From the NCBI GenBank assembly GCA_052426225.1, contig JBNJNM010000015.1, forward strand, positions 1,426,001 to 1,490,000: a stretch of 64,000 bases of DNA. The letters run 5' to 3'. Every line of letters begins with the position of its first letter. The first letter of the stretch is position 1. Source of the DNA: Zancudomyces culisetae HAW-14-8 (Eukaryota > Fungi > Kickxellomycota). A model generated the notes under the pieces. The model did not search any database. It saw nothing but the letters and a program-made list of their open reading frames with translations, and was not told the DNA's origin. Of this stretch, positions 35,258 through 49,025 are shown piece after piece. A program made the translations under genes and the position numbers.

Positions 35258-38200
35258 GTATCCTCTTTTTACTCTAATATCAGTGGGTTTATCTGCTAGA
35301 TTCACCAAAAATAGCGGCAACACAAAAATATATTTTAATGTTTGACTGTAAAGCCCACTTAATATATACCTGCTTTTTCCCTTGTCTTTATTAGCCCATC
35401 ATTTAGTTGTTCTTGCGAACCTAAAGTTCGCTCTTTTTTTGTTAACGAAAATTGCTTCATCTTTTTTAACTCACTCTCCCACCAATTAATTATCATCCTC
35501 TATTGGATCTGATATATTTTGCTATAGTTTTTATGCAGTGATATTCTAATTGTTATCCTTGTAATTAGGTAATTACGAGGTATTACAATATAATTTGGAA
35601 TTTTGCACTTGACTAAAATAGACACATCCGAATTAGAAGCAACCCGATTTACGCACTCTTGGTCTTATTTTCTTTATCATACTTTTTTCCTTTTTTTATT
35701 GTGATTAAAAAAAAATTTTCAATGCTAAAATGCTAAAACAAACTCTAGTCTAAGCTTCTATTAAAGCGCAAATTTCCACGTAGTTATGGAAGGCCTCAAC
35801 TTGTTACGGTTTGATGTTTCTCAATTTTGTTTTTTTTATTTTGATATTGTAAGAAGGTTATATAATCCATACCACTAACCAATAAATTTTATATTCATTA
35901 GTTTAGTTTATAAATCATAAAAACAAACTACAGGCCAATCATTATTTTGGTTGCAAAAAAAAATTATTCGCAATCTAACTGGTAGGTGGGGGATCAAAGA
36001 TGTTGTTTATGCTAACATTGAGGCCTCCCTCTCCCCCAAATTGCTGTTGGCTATTCGGTTTTTTTTTTGGTCTCACTACACGCAAAATACTAAGCTCGAA
36101 ATATAAAAAAGTGTACAGATACAAACCTCAAGGTTAAAGCTATTTTCACTGGTATATAGCACAGGATATTTTAAAATGAACGAGTGCTGTGTAGGTATTT
36201 AGAGGGGAAAATTAAGGAGTTTAGCCAGAATTTCCAATATATACTTCTCGCGCTTACACTTGATAAATTTGCATGCGAAAATCCCTATATTTCCGCTTTA
36301 AATTAACTCTTTCTAGTTAAGCTTTTACCATTTATCGTTCAGATATGGCTAATAAAGCCGAACCATATCTACAGACCATTTTGAATTGTCAAGAACAAAT
36401 CACATATCATGTCGGATAATATTAAATGCTTCAATGACGCAAACAATTTTAGGGCTGTTCAGTTGGTTCAACCAGTGGAATGACCACGCTTTTCCCATGC
36501 ACCCACATCTCTGAATTCTATATCTTGTCGCAATCTGGAAGTTGAGAAATGTAGTTAATGCGGAAATCTGAGCAAACAAGATATTATACTACTTTTTACT
36601 ATTTTTAGAGCTATATGAGTCGTGAAAAATTATTATCATATCTCTATTATTATGAAAAAATTTATTGGAAAATCGCCGGAACTGGATTTATGTTTTGTCA
36701 TCACTGATATTATACTTTGATGTTATTCAATAATCAGCTACAATTATTTATCCCCAGTATTTATTTAATTTTTTATTTTTATTATTACTTTTTGGACTGA
36801 ATTTCTATTTAAAGTATGATAATTACGAGGCCAAAATCGGTATATATTAAAGCGCCGACTAAATGTATAGTGTGGTTTTATCAATATCCTTCTAAAAAAA
36901 AAAGTAATTGAAAGTCATTATTTGTATTGGTTTTTTTTTGAAAATGTATTAAAACGATGAAAACAGATCAGTCTAGCCCTCCTAGCAATCCCATTAATCA
37001 ATAAACATAGCTTGAATGTTTTGCTTTCATTGTAAGGACGCGTTCTGAATAATGAATAATTAATAACGAATCTTCGAGCTAAATGGTAATGTGGGCGTTT
37101 TATCGATTCATAATTATTTGTTGAAATTCACCTTACTTTTACTCTTTTCTGTTGATGTACTGTTCAAAGTGGAACGTACAAAAGCAATTTATATTTTTAG
37201 GTAGTTATGGAATGTCGCGTTTTACTTTAATAGTTTTAATATTAGCTATGGGGTTAAGTAGGAAGTTGTCGAAAAAGCTTTTAAATGGTGCAAATGAGCT
37301 ATAATACTTTTATATTTTTTAATAACACATCAAGCCACTTTCGTCAAGTATTACCGAGACACAAAATGTTATGTGTATCAATAAAAACTAAGAGGTTGGA
37401 AAGAGTAGCAAAAGTAATATATGTTTAGTTTAGTACACAGGATTTGTGCTTGGTGGAAGATCCAACCAATTATACACGTCAATTATATAGGTATTTGGTA
37501 ATAATGCTGCATAACCGTACTCTTTTTAAAGTAAAATGGAGCCAACTTTATATTTGATCCCAAACTGATGCTCTATTTAAATCAAAGGCCACATAAAAAA
37601 AGGGAAAAAAAGATTCTGTTGCATAAACATCCTTGGTGGTTACACTATATGGCACGACAAAGGTGAATTAAAATGACTCATATTATAAAATATTACACTT
37701 TATTTTATATATACATTGTTTAATCCAACGTATTTACTTTTCTATTCACTCTACGTTTGTAGCTCCAGCTAGTTGGCTGTTAGAAGCTCTCTGTAGACTT
37801 AGAAAATATTATCAAGTACTGGTAAATATCTTGATAGCGAACCGCAAAGTTGAAGTTTTAATTTGCAGACTAAAAGTAAACATACAGGCACATTATCTGT
37901 TTTCATACCATTGGGACACATCTTTATATATTTATGTCTTTAGAGTAATATCTATTCTGGCATTGCATTTTACGTGTTTAGTTCGATTCAATTCTAGCTT
38001 TTGCTTACTTTTTATTGGAAACAAATATATAAATTAATGTTGATATAAAGTACTGGGGATTTGCATTTTGATTCCAAATAATCAAACCTGGCCATTGTAC
38101 AAAGGCATAAATTCAAAACTTATCCACAAACTCGATTCAATTTAATTGTAAACAAAAATTTCCAATAACTCCAATGGTTATGTAAAAGCGCATACAAATG

Positions 38201-38335
38201 TTAAAAACCGTTGTAACAGGCACCAAAGAGTCAAAGGTTTAAGGTTTTTAATATATATAATTGTAGCAAATATCACTAAAATTGCCCACAAACAATCAGA
38301 TGCAGTAGATTCTACAAAAAAAAAAAAACAAAAAA

Positions 38336-40580
38336 ATGGCAGAATGGGACAAAGAGAGGAACGAATTAGTCGAGATATACGATGAAAGCCTTGAGAAAGA
38401 ATATACGGTCTTTAACATACCAGAAACGAGACTTCTTTTGATTGGAAATTTGGTCGTACAGGCATCAATAGAGTATAAAACGTACGTATATTCAATGATC
38501 ATATACACACATGATGGATTTCAATACATTTCCAACTACATTGTTATAAAAAAATGAATAGTGATAAAGACGAAGAACACAAAAATTTATATGAAAGCGA
38601 TGATCGACTACAAAGGGATGTCCAAGTAAGTAAAGCCCCGCGTTAAAATATACGAAGAATCAAATAAATTAAACGTTCAAAGGAAGGAAAATTTCAAGGA
38701 AAATAAATTTTGATAAAATATGTGTTTTTAGCTTGCCATAATAGGGTTGGTAAATGGTCAATTTGTTAATGGAAATGCAAAAGGAAGAGGGTTTTTATTA
38801 CACGAAGGTAGGAAGAAAAATGTTTTACAGAACTCTTATTGTGAATAAAGCTAAAAGCAAATTGATTGAGCTGGACTAACATGTAAATAAAAATATTAAT
38901 GTAGTCAGAAAGAATTGGGATGTGTCCAAGAACTGTAGATTTACAAAAGATGGGGGTAGATTAGAATGTTCGCAGTACAAGTATCGATTTATGATTGAGT
39001 TTTTGGAAACTAACGCTAACGAAAGGTAAGTAATGGATGGAAAGAAACTTAATGTATTTTTAACAAATGGAATACTCAACAGTAGATCAGATGGGGTGAT
39101 TCAGCTTTGGGAGAACAAAACAGGTCTACATAGTGAAATGGATATTGGAGTGGGTGATGGATTTCATAATGTCGGCCCAAGTACATCTATAGGGAGCGAA
39201 GGTACTAAAAAGTTTGTAGATACACGTTTTGAAAGAAATATCTCTGAGGCATTGAGCAGTAGTACCTTTAAAAGCAGCACACCAGGCTCAATGGGTAAAC
39301 GCGGGAAAAAACGCGAACATGATGTCTTGAAATACAGTACACCCAATAGTAAAGCACTAGGACAAGCTTATAGCGGAGTCAAGACACTGCTGAGCTCAGT
39401 TAGAAAAAGAAGCTACGGTAGATTTTCAAGTGAAACATCATTCAGTGGTAATGGTGGAGAGCAGGCGTATCAAACATATTCAGGCTCTAAAATATATAAA
39501 TATGAGCCAGTGGATGATGCATCGAATGATGTTTACGTTGGCACTGCTCATGGATATAGAAACGTCATGCCCATTGAATCTAAAGACTTGTCGTGTGGCG
39601 AGATTTCTAGTTCAAGGACGCCAACCAAGGTGAAAACACCAATCACAAAAACACTTCAAGTTTCCACCGCGGATAAATCTGAAAAATACATGAAGAAGTA
39701 TGGGTTATCAAGTATATCGCCTATACAAAAACGCAAAGAGGCTTCCGAATCAGTACTGCACCACTCTAGAAGAATTACTACAGGCTCGCTAATTCCATTA
39801 AAGTCAGAGCTCGAATCAAATATTTTTGACCGTAAAAACGATGAGGGTATATTTGAGATTCAAACATCTATTAGGCCAACAAGAGCTAAAGATGCATTGG
39901 TGTCGATGAATAAAGCCAGTTCTATACGTAGAGATCACACACCTAAAAGACCGGCTAAACTAAGTGCGTTATATGACGAGTTGACCGAGTCTAGAAAGGC
40001 AAAAAAGAGGATAATAAACGAAGAAATTTTGAGGGTGACAAAAGCAACAGGAGCGAATAAAGATTTAAGTAAGCATCGTGAGAACACAAATGCTACAGAA
40101 CCTTTTATTTTAGAAGGTAAAAACTCGGACGTGGTTTCTGAGCTCAAGTATAAATCGAATATTTATGATTTAAGGCCATCGGTAGGTAAAAGTACGCTTG
40201 ATAGGGTACAGCAATCCCAAGAAGGAGTTTTTGGCCATGTGGATAGAAACCCAACATTAACTGCAGAGTCTCTTAATGGCATTTATTTATCACCCAATAA
40301 TCATGGACTAAATATCAGGCCTGGGATAAGCAGTGCGTGGACCAAGAAGCATAGAAGAGATTTTATTAGTGAGGATCCGACACCCACACATCAAACCAAC
40401 TTCATATCATTGAATAATAAGAGCATGTCGAAGAGTGCCCAGAAAGAAGTCATCTCTGTGCGTGACACTACTAAGGAGGCCAATTTTACCAAGGGTAGGG
40501 GTGTTTGGAACACTATCCGATTTTTTGAAAGTATTGCTAAATGTAATGCCTCTAATAACACACCATCAAAACGGTTATAG
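38336..40580 (+). CDS. Protein of unknown function; 5 exons (38336-38481, 38562-38625, 38732-38807, 38905-39025, 39086 or 39083-40580), ~633 aa
   Basis: Four GT-AG introns (GTACGT, GTAAGT, GTAGGA, GTAAGT) join the ORFs at 38336 and 39033 into one stop-free frame with matching phases 2,0,1,2. Intron 3 has a GACTAAC branch point and the ATG follows an A-run. Confidence 0.7.
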
Positions 40581-43500
40581 TTACAGTTTATAAACCACTT
40601 TAACCTTGCTTTTATTCTGCTAAAGTATACGCTTTGTATTTATTCTAGTTTGTATTCAAACCATGCTCGTATCCTGTTGTTTTTATTACCTAAATTTGTG
40701 AATATTATTTGTTTACCAGGCTCCACTAAACTGTAATGATTTGTGGATCAATAAAAGGTGTATCTTTTCCTGTTGTTTTTCATAAAAGAGGATAATTGGC
40801 CATCTTAATTTAATAACACTACTGGGCTTAAATGATAAATAATCTGCTTCTCTTGCTCATCAGCATGTGTTTAAATTACACAATGCACCTTGTAAGCTTT
40901 GCCCAAAAAAGATAAAAAATCGTTTATTTTTGAATGAAACCTAAATTAATCTCAAGGGCCTATCTGTTTTTGGGGCTTAACTTTAATTAATTACCCTTTA
41001 GCATGTATTTGTTTGTTAATGATTTCATTTCCTTTGCACTTAATTACGATTCTAAATTAATTGAATATTTAGTGCTAATTTCATCTTTGTTTTTATGCGG
41101 GTATCTTGTTTTGAGATTATATTGGTTGCCACAACTTAACAAGTGTACTTTTAAGTGAAACTGTATACTGTTCGGGTACCATGCTCGGATTCAGAAGAAT
41201 AATAAACATAAAATTGCGATTGGGTTGATGGGTTGGTGGGCTGACTCAATTGTATTAAGTATTTTATGTGCTGATTTTTAGTGAATACTGCTTGTGGATA
41301 TTTCTGAAGGGTTAGAAATATAAAGACATTTTCAACCCCATTCATCACTCCCCAACAATTACTTGTAACATAACACAACACACCACAGTAATATATCATT
41401 TATGTGACATTGTAACCAATATGATTTGGATGGATAGATATTGTCAGATGTACACTTTTCCGTGAACTTTGTACTACAGTACTGATGAAACAAAAGAAAA
41501 GGGTGTACATTCTGGAGAAAAGCCTTTTATTATTGCAGAACTTACTATCAATTTCTGTTTGCATGTGGACTCATGCCCCAGCAAATCATCTGGATTGGTT
41601 TTTCATGACATTGATTGTCTTTCAAGCCGCTACGGCTCTTCCGCTTTTGTTCACATCTTCATTTGCTCCGCATCTAGTTATATTGCATTTTTCTCCGTAC
41701 CGGCAAGACTCATTGGAAAAAAATTTTTTTTCTGCTATCATGGTTACATGAATGAAATTATTGCTTTTCCTCCTATGATTGTGTGAAAAAAATTAAATTA
41801 ACTTGTCATCATCAAATTTCCACATAATGTTTATGTTTTATCTAATATGTGAAGACTATATATATAATTTTTTTTTTTTTTACCAAAGGGGAGTTGTTAA
41901 ATTTTGTAAAACAGCCTTGGGAAAATCAAAACATAAAAAACATCTGCATTATTGAATTGCAATGTTTTATACTGCGAGAATCCCTCTTCCCTTTATTTTA
42001 TTTTTTTGTAGGAAATGGTTTCTGCAAAATTTCATTGAAAAGTTGTTCGCAAAGGATCAAGTTGAAGAAAATTTCAAAAAACCCACGAATCATTTTTTTT
42101 CATTTATCACCGTTTTTTTGTAGAGCAAACGTTTTTTGAGCCTTGGGAATAAGGGGAAAAAGGAACCAGGTGTGAAATAAAATATTTCATAACTGAAGCT
42201 TCGATTTCTTTTTCTACTTAGCTAATTCGCAAATGGTGCTTATAAACTTTTATGTACTGACATATCTCATTCCGCTAAATTAATGTCGTGCATATATAAA
42301 AGCAAAAGATGTATATATGTACATATAAGTGACATATATAACATAAGCTATGCAATGGCTTGTAGTTACAGTGCGGGTACCCTGAACTTTGATCATGATG
42401 TGTGCTCCTTTTCGTCACGTTTCATGTCATTTTCAAAATACGTATATAGCTATATGCAAAAGCATAAATGTGACTTATTTAAAACTGTAACTTGATCGAA
42501 TATAGAACATAAAGCATGCACTTTATTGATTTACTTAATTACCTCTTTACTTATAATTTACACTCGTTTGCAATTCAGTTACCAACAGTTTTTATTTGAT
42601 AAATTGCGAGGATTACTCATTTAATTAATTTCGTTTGGGATGAAATTTACATGTACCAATCCAAGCTACAATAATTTATGGTGTTTTATTTGTGAAATGA
42701 TAAATAAAAGTAGTGGGCAATAGTTCTGATGTGAAATAACAATATGGTGCATAAGATGAAAAAAAAGCTGTTGAGCCTGCGTGGTGGAAAAGAAAAGAAC
42801 CACCTTTGTGATGTAGGTACATCATTGCTTGTGCTTTTTGCATTTTTAAGCATTAAAAAAAGCTTTAGAAAGATATCTACGCTTTGAATCCTACCAGGTT
42901 TATGGATATGTCAAGATGTGTTTTTCGTGGGTATGTACTCTTTAATTTAAATATCTACATGATCCCTAGCTCATAGGCAAGAAAAGCACGTAATTATAGC
43001 GTATCTTTATAAGCCATAAACGTGCAAGGACCTTTGGGTTTAGAAACTTCAGTGGGAAGTCAGAATTCGGGAGTTTATTGTACTCGGTCCAATTCATTAA
43101 ACTAGAATCATTTCAGTTTAATCTAAATTGTATTTATATCTGACCTTTGATCAATCATGCGGTATTGGATATTTGCTGTGTTAAATTAAAAAAATTAGCA
43201 TGTTCTTGTATCAAAAAATCTGCTATAGCGACGTTCATTTAGCATGTTGGCAAATTTAGATTAAATTGGTTTCAAAATTGCCTTGATGTAATTTAGATTA
43301 CTTAATAATGTAAAAAATTTGTAAAGAAAAATCTGGAGATATACCTCAGTGAACATGCTGGTATGTCTGTTAGGAAATATGCGTATATTTATTGTGTATA
43401 CATATTCAGGATACACAACTAGCTATTAATTTTGCCATGTCGATTGCAAGCATGCTTTTGAAATTCTGAGCATATTTTAACCACACGTGATGCTGGTTTT

Positions 43501-45062
43501 TAAAATTAACAGTAAAAAAAAACATTTGATTTATGGTATCCGCCTATTCTACCTCGTACACTTACTAGCATCTATTTTTATTGAGTACCCGTCTTAGATA
43601 TTGAAGCTTTGAAACAGCACATTCTAGATTTGAATCATAGTTGTATTAACTACTTTTCCGGAATGATACTAGCATTTTTTTTTGTTTTGTAATGTTAGTC
43701 AACCTGCACCATGTAGCTGCTATTTTAGTTGTAAATGGTGTTACTAATGATAACATCGCCTTTTGGATGTTATTTCCCATCACCACACCTTTCTCCCGTT
43801 CATTTCGTTGTGCTCATGTTCTTATTTAACCTAGCAACAATTTTTTTGTGCGAATCACTTTCGTTTTAGAAGTCAACTAAAAAATACCGATTGAGTGCGA
43901 CAAAAGTCCAGAGAATTTAACTTCCAGTATTGTGACAAAGGGATGATGATAGGACGGCTGAGATACTCTTTTTTTTTTGAAACGAGCAGCAGGGTATTTT
44001 TTTTTGTAAACTGAGAGTTGCAATGAAATGTTTACTTGTCTTTTTTATTCGAAATTGAACTAATTATTCAACATATATTACAAATTAACGCGTTGCATAA
44101 ATCGAGTATTGAAAAGAAGTAAATCAAACCCGAAACGGAAAGGCGAATTGTTAACTGATGACGATTTACCTAGCAATAGGTGGTGTTTCACCTGCGTATT
44201 TCTTGTTACATAAATATGGACTATTTAAATAGATGCATAAACGTAAACCGATAAAAAGAATTTTTAATGAATTTCCAAAACGAGCTCGAAGCGAGTATCA
44301 ACAAATAATGCATAACTTTGTAATCTTGGTTACATAATAATTTTTTATTTTTTAAAAATGGTTTTATGGAAGGTGTTCGTTTCTCTTACAATTCCGTGAA
44401 GTTTAGTATATTTTTTCGCTTTTTGCTCCACACACAGGCAAAGGAAATCTAAACATTTGGTGCGTAACCTCTCAGTATTTGGTGATCAAAAAAGTTTTCT
44501 TGTAATTTTAGGACTAATTAATAACACACAGCTTGCTTTTAGAAAGTATTAAAGATATCCACCAAAACTGCTTTTGTAAAAACCGTTGTTTTTCAAAGTT
44601 AAAAGCATTTTTGTTAAAATGATCAATTATATTTATTATTAATTACTATTGGTAAAACAAATTAGCTCAACAAAATAAAAGTTGAAAACTATTAAGCATC
44701 AAAATGGTAAAATAGAACATTATATAATTAATTACAAGACCAATTCCCTTAAATTCAGAAGGACATCAACCTAAAGCAAAATAATCTGTCGTGACCGGCA
44801 TTTATTTCAATTCTTGCTCGCTAAATGAGCAACTATTTAAATAGAAAGGGACGCACGCTATATACAACAGCTAATCTTAGGACATTATACACCCGGTATC
44901 AAACCACCTTGATGTTAAAATTTACCGACTTTTTACTTTTGCATTTACACTCTATATTATAGAAATAGATCAATCGGTATATATATTCCGTTTTTCTTTG
45001 TAGTATACTAAAAGTGAGCCTGAAGTGTTGGTGCATAGTTAACTTTAAAAATATATTCAACA

Positions 45063-46626
45063 ATGGGAGAACTGAAGACAGCTTTTTATAATCCTTACCA
45101 GGTTAAACACCGGCGGAGAACCACAAAAGAACAATTTCAAGTCCTTGAAAGCACTTTCCAGAGTAACAACAAGCCACCCGCCGAAGTAAGGCGTGAAATC
45201 GCAGCTAAGCTTTCAATGACACCGAGAGAAGTCCAGGTTTGGTTCCAGAACCGTAGAGCCAAAGAGAAGAATGCAAATACTCGAGCAAAGCCTCTGGAAA
45301 AACATGTCTCAGGTAATGCCTCTTCTCGTCTTTTTTGTGTTGTTTTATGAAGGTGACTACTGTTTACTCTTTTTTCACGTATGTATATAAAGAGGTGTGC
45401 TCTTTGAAGTTTGGAATAGAGACGTAACTAGTGGTTAAGATCACCCAATTTTGCGTACTCGTGTGAGAAATGAGAAAAGACATTTGGGGTATCTCACTCT
45501 TTTTCTCTCCTTTGCTCTCCCCTGATTATTTTTTTCTCTTTATTTTTTTTCGGATCAAATGAGTGTTGCTTTACTTTTTTATCCTCTGTACTAATATTTA
45601 TGTGTCTACACACTGCTATTTTTAGAAATTAAAGTAAACCCAGCAAGTGTATATGGCACGTTTGGCGCTGGCCCGGTCGACGGCTACGGGATAGGAACAA
45701 TTCCTTTCGGTGCTCCCGGGAATTCAAGAAATGTTGGCTTTGGTACAGGCTCACTATACAACAATAATAGTACAGGTAGCCATAGTGGTTTTTATAGTAA
45801 CCAAAACCACTATTATCAAGACGGTACTATTGCGTCCATGGGACACAGGCAACAAATTATTAGGCGGACAAATATGGGTTTAGAAGGTCATGTTGGAGCC
45901 AGTATGTATAATAATGAACCAAATATTGAAAATTATATTTCGGGTATGTACAGCATTAAAAAAAATGAAAAAAACGGCGAGCAGCTAAATGAGTGTGAAG
46001 GAAATTACAACCCTTACAGAGGCAGCGATGAGTTGGGTTTTCAAAGAAAGGATATAGGACTAAATCATGGCGAACCATCTAACCAATCCCAACACGGTCA
46101 TATAGACAGTGCACCATACTATGGGCCTGGGAAAACAGATGTATTTCTGCATAGGGATGGTGCAAGTCTGGAAGGCAGCGATCCTTATGCTGGATATACA
46201 CAAAATTATAACCAAAAAAAGGAAACACAGGTTTTAAATCTACCTGATGTAAACTACGGACAAGAAAGACAGAGCATTGGTCCTCATGAAAATTATATGT
46301 TATCGCACATTAAGGCAAATGGTTACAATTCCCAGCCTCTTTTGGCTGTCCACAAACCAGATTATACACAAATTTCACCAGGTGGATATGGATTGTCTCT
46401 CGGTCCTCGTGGGGCGTTTGGTCAAGGAAACAGGGTTATTTCCGACTCTGGTGGCTCTACGTATACGATTCAGCCCCAACAAGGAATTCAGAGTATCTCG
46501 GCCTTCCAGAACCGGAGCAGCTCCCAGACGTATCTTGATATTCAGGATGCACCTGTTCTTCCCCACCAACATACAAACAATCTTTACTTTTTGTCTCAAT
46601 CCAATAACTCGCAAAAAACCCAGTGA
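45063..46626 (+). CDS. Homeodomain transcription factor; 2 exons (45063-45312, 45626-46626), ~416 aa
   Basis: KHRRRTTKEQFQVLESTF..KP...RREIAAKLSMTPREVQVWFQNRRAKEK is a canonical Q50 homeodomain. Phase-1 intron GTAATG..TACTAAT..TTTTAG joins a G/N/Q/Y-rich low-complexity C-terminus. Confidence 0.9.
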
Positions 46627-47747
46627 TATTTTTTCTTATTAGGATTAGGAATAAGGTATGTATAAATAACACATGCTCGCTTTTTTTTTATACACATTTT
46701 GTTAACTTGCACTAGATTTCTTTTATTATATATTTATTGCCGCTAGTCCGTTTTTCATGTTTTAATACAAAAAAAGCTTCATGCAACTTTTGCATTTCTT
46801 GAGGCTTTGTTATGTTTCTAGTCTGCTCGAAAGATATTAACATAATCACAACCAAAGTATTACCAAATTTATGTCAGAGTTTTAATAGCTTTCTCGAGCC
46901 AATTTACTAAGATATCTTTACTGTCACTATAAATTGAAGTGTCATCTAGAAAATAAAACGAGAGCCTGGCTAGCTTTATTTTTATTGCTTGGTACGAAGT
47001 GCACAGGCTACATGCTTTATTTGTACGATTGGGCGTGGGGTGAAGCTTGAAGGGTTTCGTCTTAAACTGGTACTTTTAGTGGTGATTTCATCCATCATCC
47101 CCTCTCATTATTTCATAGTTTTACTTTTCTTTTACTATTAAACAAAAGCCCACCTCTTCTGCCAAAAAAAAAACTTTACTGTCTTGTATATCAACTCTTT
47201 TCGATCTACTCAAAAACATCATTAACCAGAACTTTCAAAAATTTCTTCTTTTTTTTCTTGACTTGGCTAGTGTAAACAACCACCAACAACATGGCTGGTT
47301 CAAGAATAATCTGATCCAAGCAGATGTTTTTGTAATCAAATACTAAGTTACTACAAAGTTTCCATAATTCGCACATGCCAGTTTCAGGAACAAGTCGGGC
47401 CCCTCATGTGATTTGCTGAGTTTGTCAAATCATTATACAATGTTTATTCAGCATTTTCTAGTAATTTGCTGAAATGGAATAGCATAGAATTTCTCCAGTT
47501 TGTTTTTTTCTTTGGCTTTCCTTTGCCATGGTTGGCATTTTTTATCTAAAATTCAGCGTATCATTTTCATTCGCCTAGAAAAATTTTTTTTTGCGTTTCA
47601 AAAGTTATCTTTGCCAACTACTATAAAAATCGCCCTATGCTCTGCCGCTTTTTTAACTTGCACATTTTTTCAAACATTTAATTCATTGCAGATTTTGTTG
47701 CATATTGATTAAAACGGAAATAAACGAAAAACCTAAGAAACAGCAAA

Positions 47748-48437
47748 ATGGCCGGAAGAAGAAGCTCTTCAGGAAGAAGTTCATTTGGAAGAAGTACACA
47801 AACTCGTAGCGCAAGCACAATGGCTGCTCCTGCACCCGTTTATAGGCCAGCACCCGCTCCAGCTGCTGCGCCAGCTGCTGCTCCTGCTCATGCCGCACCA
47901 ACTGCGCAACCACAACAACCAGGTCTCTTTGCACAGGTAATTTCAACATCTCCTTATCCTTCTTCCATCTCACTTTTCCCATGCTCCCTTTACTTTTTTC
48001 ATGCGAATTCGCACTTCAAGTAAATATTTATTTACCCAATACACTAATACATATAGATGGCCGCAACTGCCGGTGGTGTAGCCGTAGGATCTGCTGTAGG
48101 GCATGTTGTTGTAAGTACATGATCTATAATCTAAACTTTTGGTATCCATTTAATCGAAATTTGGGGAAATATAACAAGTGAATTCAATCTAAATTCATAG
48201 GGTGGGGCACTCACCGGAGCCTTTAGTGGTGGCAGTGATTCAAACCGTGTACAAGAACAACAACAACAACCAACACTTCAATCATCCAGCTTCAGCCAAA
48301 ATGAAGTCCGCTCTTGCGATGCAGATGCCAAAGCCTTTACTCGTTGCTTGGAATCCACCAACAATGATATGAACTCTTGTCAATACTATTTGGACATGTT
48401 GAAGCAGTGCCAGGCATTTGCCAGCAATAGTCTTTAA
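47748..48437 (+). CDS. MIX17: Mitochondrial intermembrane-space twin-CX9C protein Mix17/CHCHD2/CHCHD10; 3 exons (47748-47936, 48057-48110, 48201-48437), ~159 aa
   Basis: Arg/Ser-rich N-terminus, Ala/Pro linker, PGLFAQ|MAATAGGVAVGSAVGHVV|GGALTG, and C-terminal CDADAKAFTRC and CQYYLDMLKQC CX9C pairs. Confidence 0.93.
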
Positions 48438-49025
48438 TTTATTTTTAAAAAAGGAATTTAAGTGTATATTTGAACATTGGGTTCTGGGTGTATCAAAAAA
48501 TAAACCCACGCTCGCTAGATAAATAAATAGTTTTTTAAGGATCTCGGGCCGTATTAGGCACCCTTTTTTATTTTTTTTTGTTTTTGCGTTTATCGTATCA
48601 CAGTGCATTTACTTCTCGCATGCTGACTTTCGTCTGTCAATTTATGAACTGCACTTTCCTAGCAAAAGGTGCGCATCTAGATGTGAATGTATTTTATTAA
48701 TGCTATTGCGGAAAATAAGCAAAATTAAATTATGATAACATGGGGTTAGTTAGTGCTGTGTATAAGTCAAAAATATCATTAATAAGTATGTGGTCTAGCA
48801 CTCGCAGCTCGGCTTCAGCATAACTCATCCAAGCGAGCCCATCAAAGTTACTAGTACCATTAGTGTGTGGTTTTGGTTGGTGTGTCCTAGATAATCGCCA
48901 ACAGTGCCTCAAATAAATGATCTTGTTTATAAGTATAATATATAATTTTTTCATGTACCGTTTTTGGCGCAAAAAAAAAAAGAGAGAGAGGTTGGCTGAA
49001 TAGAACCCAACGCATTATGAACACC

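Noticed and set aside
41469-41786. ORF containing HSGEKPF (like a C2H2 zinc-finger linker), with CRYGEKCNITRC (CCCH-like) on the opposite strand
   Set aside because: Neither has the flanking Cys/His ligands of a zinc finger or a credible exon chain; treated as chance.
43955-44000. GGCTGAGATACTC resembling the start of a TPP riboswitch
   Set aside because: The downstream conserved core (ACCTGAT..GGNTAATNCC..GCG) is absent, and it is not linked to a thiamine gene.
47291-47314. Short ORF MAGSRII* with good start context ~450 nt upstream of MIX17
   Set aside because: It is too short and probably upstream of the transcription start; it cannot be supported as a uORF without TSS data.
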